Of a DNA stretch of 19,958 bases, positions 7,853 through 14,590 are shown piece by piece. The position numbers were made by a program, and so were the translations under genes. The DNA comes from a candidate division FCPU426 bacterium (lineage in GTDB: Bacteria; Oederibacteriota; Muellerivitia; Muellerivitales; Muellerivitaceae), in assembly GCA_963738405.1 (NCBI GenBank), contig CAVTWJ010000006.1:1-19958 (forward strand), in the 5' to 3' direction. Below the pieces are notes generated by a model. That model had not been told where the DNA came from. It did not search any database and saw only the letters and a program-made list of their open reading frames with translations. Numbering within the stretch: position 1 is the first letter of the stretch; each line of letters opens with the position of its first letter.

Positions 7853-7906
7853 CTGTCCAATCTCACTGCACCAAGCCGGGGGCTTGGTGCTCCCCGTTGT
7901 GGACAG
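7853..7906. repeat. Expanded/degenerate cassette site 9 with an internal hairpin
   Basis: ctgtccaatc...tccccgttgtggacag with gcaccaagcc-ggg-ggcttggtgc (7868-7890) in the middle. Confidence 0.8.
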
Positions 7907-7911
7907 CAAAC

Positions 7912-8313
7912 CTAAAAAGTTTTCAAAAAGCTGGATGGATTCAGGATTTAAATATTTTGGTAGGTTCCGACATCCAACAGGGCCTTATCGCCCGAGACAA
8001 TGAATTCAGCTCCTCCCGCCAGGGCGGCTGCGATAAATTTATCATCATCGGGGTCCTTGCAAATGCCTCGAACAGGCTTAGCGTTCACCATTTCGCAATT
8101 CAATCTGATTAATTCCAGGAAGGGCTCAACTTCGACTCCAGGATGCCCCTTGGAAAAGTCTTCCATAACGCGGCGGTATTCTTCGAGAATTTCCAGGGAC
8201 ACCAATAACTTGAAATCACCACGTTCCCAAGATTTGAGGACTTGGTAAGGTGTCCCCATCCAGAAAAAACCAGAGACAAGAACATTTGTGTCTATGACAA
8301 CAACCCGTTTCAT
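7912..8313 (-). pseudogene. PIN-family toxin with a premature TAA at 7948-7950
   Basis: VVIDTNVLVS, CKDPDDDKFI, IVSGDKALL. The frame continues past the TAA as ILNPSSFLKTF to TAG at 7912, the C-terminal motif usual for this family. Confidence 0.75.
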
Positions 8314-8570
8314 TTACCGCGTCGAACGCGGGCAATGGCGGCCTTCACGTCTGATGGGCGTAATCCGGCGGCACGCGCCTGCTTTCGCGCGGCGGCCAGC
8401 AGGCTGCCAAGTTGGCTCAACGAAGGCGGGGTAATGGCTTTGAAAATCACCGAATCTCCCTGGCCCATCACGACAAACTGATCCCCCTCTTTGAGGCGCA
8501 AACTCTTGCGGATGGATTCGGGAATAACGACCTGTCCCTTCGAGGAAAGCTTTGTGGTTGCGATGGTCAT
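8310..8570 (-). CDS. AbrB/MazE/SpoVT-family antitoxin
   Basis: TTKLSSKGQVVIPESIRKSLRLKEGD signature; ATGA overlap with the PIN gene. Confidence 0.93.
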   Translation of the reverse strand: MTIATTKLSSKGQVVIPESIRKSLRLKEGDQFVVMGQGDSVIFKAITPPSLSQLGSLLAAARKQARAAGLRPSDVKAAIARVRRGK

Positions 8571-8634
8571 AGGTTACCTCCGAGTAATCTTACCAGTAAG
8601 AATACAACCGAAATCTAATCAATACAATCCACCG

Positions 8635-8852
8635 CTCACTCCAATGCTTTTATGGGACTGGGATCATCAGGGCGCAGATGCGCAAATGCCTATATAAGCA
8701 TTTGCACCGCCAAAACTCACACGCCAATGCTTTTTATGGCATTGGGGTTATCAAAGCGTGCGCCTTAGCTTGAGGCTAAGGCGCAGATGCACAAATGCCT
8801 TCATTGGCATTTGCATTGCCAAGACTCACACCCTAACTGGAAGTTAGGGTGT
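8635..8852. repeat. Intergenic cluster of direct and inverted repeats
   Basis: C(C/A)AATGC-N8-GCATT(G/T)G at 8683, 8724 and 8792, degenerate copy at 8641; duplicated ggcgcagatgc..aaatgcc...gcatttgca..gccaa.actcacac block; hairpins at 8759-8785 and 8828-8852. Confidence 0.85.
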
Positions 8853-10916
8853 AGGCACCCTTTCCACCCGGGTCACCTGTGGGCCTTGCGCACCTTCATG
8901 CACCCAAACCTTCAAGTCGATCGGCTGGGTGGAAACAACTTCCCCCGGGTAATGCTGGTCGCTTTTAGTGATCACCACACCCTCTATCAAAAACTGGTCC
9001 GAAGCGCCGTCGGTGCCCACCCATTGAGGAGGCTGGGTGGGTTTGAAGTAAGCCACCCATTTTTTGTCTTGGATTTCCTGAATCTTGGCGGGGGGGTAGT
9101 TTTCGTAGAAGAACTGGGCCTGGTAGCCATCAACGATTTCGCTTTTCAGGTTCGCCAGCCAGGTCGGGATGTCGTGGTAGCTGGGGCCGAAAGCATCGTC
9201 GGCGAAGATTTTTAGGAACATCTGGTACGCGGTGACCTTGGCTTGATCCTTGGGGGAAAGGGTGGGGGCCGCCTGGGTCGAGCCTTCAAGGCGAGACCCA
9301 AGACTTGGCTGTGCCGATTCCTTAGGGGAACCGGCCGCCTGGGTCGAGCCTTCAAGGCGAGACCCAAGACTTGGCTGTGCCGATTCCTTAGGGGAACCGG
9401 CCGCCTGGGTCGAGCCTTCAAGGCGAGACCCAAGACTTGGCTGTGCCGATTCCTTAGGGGAATCGGCCGCGGCGGGCGTAGGCGCGGGTTTCTCGCTGAC
9501 CACGACCGTGGCGGTATGTTTTGAAGTTTTCAAAGCGGCTCGTTTAGGCTCGATCTTCTTCACAACCGTTGCGAGAGTTGTTACCGCCATGGTTTGCGGG
9601 GCCTGATCGGCCTTGGGGGCCGAGGGGGCTGGTTTACTCCAAGAGGGAATAAACCCTTTAAGCCGGGCAACCAGATCGCCCGGATGAAACACATAAGTCC
9701 AAATAAGCCAAACCACCAACAGTATCGCCCCTACCCGGAGGAACCATATCACCACCGGCCCCAAGACCTTTTTCAAGCCGCTCCAGAGAAGATGGCCCAG
9801 GGCCGCGGCTTGTTTTTTCATTTCCTTGAAAACCCACCCGACCATGTGCCAGAAGAGCTTCCAGAGGGTCACAAGGGTCTTCCATAGGATTTGCCCCACC
9901 GCCTCCCAGGGGTTCTTGGCCAGCTTGCCAAAGATGGCCTTAACCCCCGCCCCCTCAAAGCCTTGCCAGACCTGTTTAAGGTCTTCCCCAAGAGTGGCTT
10001 GGGTCTTAGCTGTCTTGCTAGGGTTATGCCTTGTAGTGTGCTCAGCGGGCTCTACTTTAGGGTCTGCCGGTCCCTCGGCTTGCGTATCTATAGCGGGGGA
10101 CGAACCCTGCGTTTGGGCCACCTGCCCAGTCACGGCGGGTTGCTGCGGAACAACCGCCTTGGCGTGGGGGTTGTAGCTTTCGGGCTCATTGCCATCCTTA
10201 ACCCATTTGACCAGGCCTTTGGTTTCAGGCTCGGTTAGGTACTCATCGAAGACCTTCCGTAGGGCCCTTTCGACCTTGGCCGGGTCCCCAAGGTCGGCTA
10301 ATACCAGGAGGATGGACTCAGTTATCAAAAAACCCTTATTTTTCGTGCCCAGCGGCTGGGCATCCGAAATAAGGCCTTTTTGAAGATTTTCATCCACCAA
10401 GGCTCGGGAGGCTTGGTTGAGGGCTTTTGTAATCTTAAGGGCGTTATAAACTTTAGAGTCGGACACACCTTCCCAATCCGCCAATTCCCTTTGGGTCATA
10501 TTCGGTTGGTCTTCATGGTCAATGGCTATAGCCACATCCCAATCCCACCAGTCCATATCCTCATGCAGGTTGTCCAGAACGGCCTCATGGTGGGTCTCCC
10601 TTGGTTGGATATCATCCACGATGCATTTCAGGGTCTTCCATTGGTTAAGGATCGCCGCCGCCCGTCTTCGGTGACCGCCTATGTGCATGACCCAGTTACC
10701 GGGGTTGGCCGCCCGCTCTTCGTCCGTAAGGGGCCGAACCCTAACCGGGGTTCTCTGCCCCTTGGCTTTCATGGAAGCCGCCAGTTCCTGGATGGTTTCC
10801 TTCTTTTTGGACCGTCGGGGCTGTTTGGGGTTTTCGAGGATCTGGTCGATGGGGATTTCGACGACCTGGCCGATGGGATAGGGAAAGTCTGCTGGGACGG
10901 ACATAGGGACCTCCAA
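8844..10916 (-). CDS. ParB-like N-terminal domain fused to membrane segment(s), a low-complexity linker and a C-terminal domain
   Basis: IPIDQILENPKQPRR, IQELAASMKAKGQRTPVRVR, GGHRRRAAA (ParB CTP-binding motif), HTH MTQRELADWEGVSDSKVYNAL, hydrophobic VVIWFLRVGAILLVVWLIWTYVF. Confidence 0.85.
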   Translation of the reverse strand: MEVPMSVPADFPYPIGQVVEIPIDQILENPKQPRRSKKKETIQELAASMKAKGQRTPVRVRPLTDEERAANPGNWVMHIGGHRRRAAAILNQWKTLKCIVDDIQPRETHHEAVLDNLHEDMDWWDWDVAIAIDHEDQPNMTQRELADWEGVSDSKVYNALKITKALNQASRALVDENLQKGLISDAQPLGTKNKGFLITESILLVLADLGDPAKVERALRKVFDEYLTEPETKGLVKWVKDGNEPESYNPHAKAVVPQQPAVTGQVAQTQGSSPAIDTQAEGPADPKVEPAEHTTRHNPSKTAKTQATLGEDLKQVWQGFEGAGVKAIFGKLAKNPWEAVGQILWKTLVTLWKLFWHMVGWVFKEMKKQAAALGHLLWSGLKKVLGPVVIWFLRVGAILLVVWLIWTYVFHPGDLVARLKGFIPSWSKPAPSAPKADQAPQTMAVTTLATVVKKIEPKRAALKTSKHTATVVVSEKPAPTPAAADSPKESAQPSLGSRLEGSTQAAGSPKESAQPSLGSRLEGSTQAAGSPKESAQPSLGSRLEGSTQAAPTLSPKDQAKVTAYQMFLKIFADDAFGPSYHDIPTWLANLKSEIVDGYQAQFFYENYPPAKIQEIQDKKWVAYFKPTQPPQWVGTDGASDQFLIEGVVITKSDQHYPGEVVSTQPIDLKVWVHEGAQGPQVTRVERVPTP
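9267..9470. repeat. Three 66-bp tandem repeats within the ParB-like gene
   Basis: Units start at 9267, 9333 and 9399 and encode SPKESAQPSLGSRLEGSTQAAG. Confidence 0.97.
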
Positions 10917-11269
10917 ATAGGTGCTGAAAGATACTTTCCTAGCCCATTGGCCTCAAACCAATGGGCGGGCCTTGGTTATACCAATGCCCATAGAAGGCAT
11001 TGGTACATTACGGTGAAAATAATTCAGAGTCTTTTGGGAGGCAATTGGAAAATGAATCGGAAAGCCTTTTTTACCGGTCAAAAAAAGTGCAGTTTTTATC
11101 CCCTACAAAGATGTAACAGACCCATTGGAAAGTTAAGCGTTGGGGCGGTTTCTTGAAGGGTGTTGTTAATTTGAGATGTACGATAACGGTGTGATCGTTT
11201 CAGCAAATCCTAAAGTGTTAAGCGTTGGTCTGAACTCTTTTAAATTTATAATCAATTTCTGGAGATGGA

Positions 11270-12043
11270 GTGAATTGGATGAATTTTAATTTTGATAAAT
11301 TTTGGCGCGATCCGGTTTGGAGTGCGGTTATTGCGGCATTGATAAGCGGTGGCTTAATAGGACTTGTTCCGTATATTCATGCTGAATGGCCAAAGTTTCT
11401 CATTGGGATAGCTTTAATTTCCTTGGGGCTTGCGTGGTGGAAAATCAGCAAACTGCCAAGGTTGCAAGTCGAAATGAAAGTAGAAATGGATGAAAATTTA
11501 CCTCATGCCCCAATTATTCGTCTCGAATTCAGCAATTCAGGCTCCAAACCGATTTATGTCGTTTCGGCGGAATTCGTGACCAAAGAAAACTGGGCAATAC
11601 CTGATCCCGTAAGGTCGGGAACAATGCAGCCGGTGGTAAATTTTTTACCAAAGGGTGAAAAGTTTATTAAAGTTTCCAGCCAAAAGAATTCGGCGGCCAA
11701 TAAGGCTATAGATTTAACCCTAGAGCCTAAGAAATCCTCATCCATGTCATTTAGGCTCATTACGGACGAAATGCCTTTTTCCGGGCTAGGCCTTTTCCCC
11801 TTTTACCTGGAAGTTAGTTTGATATATGGGGAAAACGGTGATTTGCGAATCCCTTTACCCGATATTATCGTAAGCCTGCATGGTGGTTTATCTGTAAGTT
11901 ATGTCCAATTTGGCGGCCCGCAACCCTTAACCATCAAGCCGAGCGATTTAAAGAATCTTGCCAATATTGTTTTAAGCAAAGTGAATAAGAAGGTGCTTTG
12001 CCCACCCGAAATTCTAAAAATTTTAAGATCAGTAACTAAATAA
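11270..12043 (+). CDS. Hypothetical membrane protein (two N-terminal TM helices)
   Basis: 257-aa AT-rich ORF with two hydrophobic segments followed by a beta-rich domain. Confidence 0.75.
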   Translation: MNWMNFNFDKFWRDPVWSAVIAALISGGLIGLVPYIHAEWPKFLIGIALISLGLAWWKISKLPRLQVEMKVEMDENLPHAPIIRLEFSNSGSKPIYVVSAEFVTKENWAIPDPVRSGTMQPVVNFLPKGEKFIKVSSQKNSAANKAIDLTLEPKKSSSMSFRLITDEMPFSGLGLFPFYLEVSLIYGENGDLRIPLPDIIVSLHGGLSVSYVQFGGPQPLTIKPSDLKNLANIVLSKVNKKVLCPPEILKILRSVTK

Positions 12044-12122
12044 GTTGCCAAGGGTCGAAGCTTAAAGTGAAAAATGTAGGCCGGGACCCCTATTTCTTTA
12101 CTTCGTTTTCATGGGTGGCGCC

Positions 12123-12395
12123 ATGAAAAAAATAATCATCGATTTCAAACCGTCCGCGTTTGAAAACTACACCCGGCTTTCCAAGGATAAACGGCTTGGC
12201 GGTTTGGCCCAAAGGTATTACAACGAACTTTTTGGATTTCCCCCTGAGCAGTGGGGGAGGCTTCGGGAAGAATTCGGGAAAAGCACTTTCGTCTCGGATC
12301 ACCACACGCCCTTCATCATCAAAGTAATCGTTGTGGAAGAAAAGGCCGGTTCGGTTTGGCTTTACGTGACCGAATTCAGCGCCCGCAGGACTTGA
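12123..12395 (+). CDS. Small hypothetical protein, possibly RelE/ParE-like fold
   Basis: MKKIIIDFKPSAFENYTRL N-terminus and VWLYVTEFSAR C-terminus loosely resemble the RelE/ParE pattern. Confidence 0.55.
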   Translation: MKKIIIDFKPSAFENYTRLSKDKRLGGLAQRYYNELFGFPPEQWGRLREEFGKSTFVSDHHTPFIIKVIVVEEKAGSVWLYVTEFSARRT

Positions 12396-12444
12396 AAATA
12401 GACTACATTATGACTACAATTTGGTTGAGACGAAGGGAGAACCC

Positions 12445-12765
12445 ATGAGCGTCATTTCCTACCGAACCAAGCTGGACCGGAAGTTTTTGGAAAAGGCCGC
12501 GGTCCAAAAACTCAAATACCGGAGCGTCAACGCCTTTATCGACCACGCGGTGGAAAGGGCGCTGAAGGATGAACTGGGCGCCGATACCCCCGCCAAGAAG
12601 ATCGTCCAGGAGATCGCCGATGTCGTCTCGAAGCATTATCCGCTGAACTTTAGGGCGGCCAACGCCAAGGAAGAAAGGGAAATGCTCAAGGACCTGGAGG
12701 ATTTAAGATCCGGCAAGGTCAAGGCGGTTCGGGTCCACAAAAGCTCCGCTTCTCAAAAGGTTTGA
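12445..12765 (+). CDS. Putative ribbon-helix-helix DNA-binding protein/antitoxin
   Basis: ATG 12445 after GGGAGA; YRSVNAFIDHAVERAL resembles the second RHH helix. Confidence 0.65.
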   Translation: MSVISYRTKLDRKFLEKAAVQKLKYRSVNAFIDHAVERALKDELGADTPAKKIVQEIADVVSKHYPLNFRAANAKEEREMLKDLEDLRSGKVKAVRVHKSSASQKV

Positions 12766-12841
12766 TTTAATTTTCCCCTCCCGGATTTCTCCAAGAAGCC
12801 AAAAAACTACCTAAGCGAAATGCGTTATTAGCTGGCCGCTT

Positions 12842-12865
12842 GATGGTATACTCCTGTATACCATC
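12842..12865 (+). promoter_or_regulatory. Operator-like perfect palindrome overlapping the extended -10 of umuD
   Basis: gatggtatac-tcct-gtataccatc; TGnTATACT at 12844-12852; AGGAGG RBS immediately after. Confidence 0.75.
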
Positions 12866-12877
12866 TAGGAGGCCCCT

Positions 12878-13339
12878 ATGCCCGTTACCGCCAAAGCCAA
12901 AGCCGTACCCACCCTCTACCGCATCACCCCCGCGAAGAGGCTGCGCATTCCCCTTTACCTCACCCGGGTCTCGGCGGGCTCCTTTTCGCCCGCGGATGAT
13001 TACGTGGAAAAGGGGTTGGATATGAACGAACACCTCATCCAGCACCCAGCCGCCACCTTCGCCTTTCATGTGTCCGGAGATTCCATGGTGGGGGCGGGCA
13101 TCTTCCCCGGCGATCTTTTGATTGTGGACCGGGCGGTGAAGCCAGTCAGCGGGTCGGTGGTGGTGGCCAAGCTGGGGGGCGACCTGGTGTGCAAGCGCCT
13201 GAAGCTTGTGAAGGGAAAGGTCTTTCTGGCGCCCGAAAACCCGGCCTACAAGACCATCGAAGTGATCGATGACATGGAAGGTTTTGAAATCTGCGGGGTG
13301 CTGTTGCACAACATCCATTCGCATGGGGTGAAGAAGTAA
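12878..13339 (+). CDS. umuD: UmuD/LexA-family S24 autopeptidase (Pol V accessory subunit)
   Basis: VSAGSFSPADDYVE cleavage region, VSGDSM catalytic Ser, VCKRL catalytic Lys; TAATG coupling to umuC. Confidence 0.92.
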   Translation: MPVTAKAKAVPTLYRITPAKRLRIPLYLTRVSAGSFSPADDYVEKGLDMNEHLIQHPAATFAFHVSGDSMVGAGIFPGDLLIVDRAVKPVSGSVVVAKLGGDLVCKRLKLVKGKVFLAPENPAYKTIEVIDDMEGFEICGVLLHNIHSHGVKK

Positions 13340-14535
13340 TGGGTGCCGTTCAGCCAATAGCACTAATCGACTGCAATAATTTTTATTGCAGTTGCGAGCG
13401 GGTGTTTAACCCCAAGCTCACGGGCAAGCCCGTTATCGTCCTTTCCAACAACGACGGCATGCCCATTTCCCGATCCGAAGAGGCCAAGGCCGTCGGCATC
13501 GAAATGGCCAAGCCCTTCTTTGAGCTGAAAGACATCATCGAAAAACACAAGGTTCATGTTTTCAGTTCCAACTACACCCTCTATGGCGATTTTTCACGGC
13601 GGGTCATGCAAACCATCCGCCAGTTCAGCCCGATGGTTGAAGAATATTCCATCGACGAGGCCTTTGTAGGCCTGCAAGGCTTCGCCCATCGCGACCTTAC
13701 CGAATACGGCAGAGAAATGAAGGCCACCATTTACCAGTGGACGGGCATTCCGGTTTCGGTCGGCATCGCCCAAGACCAAGGCCTTTTTTACCTCGACCAA
13801 AAAATCGGCGAGCTTTACCCCGACGCCCGAAAAAGCGCCGGGTGGGACCCCCCAAAAGACGCTATCACCATCGGCATGCTTTTATCCATGACTTCCGGTT
13901 TGGACTGCAATGATATGGGAATCGGAAACCAAAATTGCGGGGCGGTGATGGGCCAATCTTCCAACTGGGTTTCCTTTGCCTTGGGGCTTCCCATGGCCCA
14001 TCCGCCCGGAACGGTTTGGACCTACAACGGATGCTGTTTGACCCTTCTTTCCCACGCCATCGCCGAAAAAACGGGGATGCGTTTTGCCGATTACGCCAAC
14101 CAATACCTTCTGCAGCCCTTGGGGATCAAAAATAACACCTGGGTCACCGGGCCCAACGGCGACAACCGGGTGGATTACGGCCTTTACTGGACATCCCGGG
14201 ATATGGCCAAGCTGGGACAGCTTTATTTGAACCAGGGCCTGTGGGAAGGCAAGCGCGTCGTTTCGGCGGACTGGGTGAAAGACGCCACGGCCGTTCACGC
14301 ACCCAGGGGCCAGGCTTTCGGCCACGATTACGGCTACCTGTGGCACATCAAAACCATGCTTTGGAAAAACCGCCCGATCCGGGTGTTTTTCGCCAACGGC
14401 TACATGGGCCAGGAAATTTACGTGTCCCCCGACGCGGATTTGGTTTGCGTGATGACGGCGGCCAGCTCCAGCGCTTTGATTTATTCGATGGAAGATCATT
14501 TTTTGGAGAACGTGATATTGGATTCGATTCAATAG
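13339..14535 (+). pseudogene. umuC: Chimeric ORF: N-terminal UmuC (Y-family polymerase) fragment fused in frame to a C-terminal beta-lactamase-family serine hydrolase fragment
   Basis: ALIDCNNFYCSCER, VLSNNDG, YSIDEAF up to TGIPVSVGIA (about 13770), then DQGL...ITIGMLLSMTSGL, PGTVWTYN, SRDMAKLGQLYL, YGYLW, ANGYMGQ. UmuC C-terminal domains and the hydrolase SxxK motif are absent. Confidence 0.85.
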
Positions 14536-14590
14536 TCGAATGGATACCCTTCGCCGCTCCATTCCGGATTTTATAACCGAGGAACAGGCC

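Noticed and set aside
1402..7906. Canonical integron attC sites or XerCD dif/pdif sites
   Set aside because: Too short for attC and lacking RYYYAAC...GTTRRRY ends. GC-rich 11-8-11 layout, all in direct orientation, with no similarity to XerC/XerD arms.
10380..11156. 258-aa plus-strand ORF and other long antisense ORFs (13882-14607, 12767-13363, 17368-18063, 17982-18494)
   Set aside because: Shadow frames opposite well-supported genes, with no recognisable motifs.
8844..12765. An integrase or transposase for the array
   Set aside because: No tyrosine recombinase (R-H-x-x-R...Y), serine recombinase, DDE or clear HUH transposase signature was recognisable in any ORF in the window.
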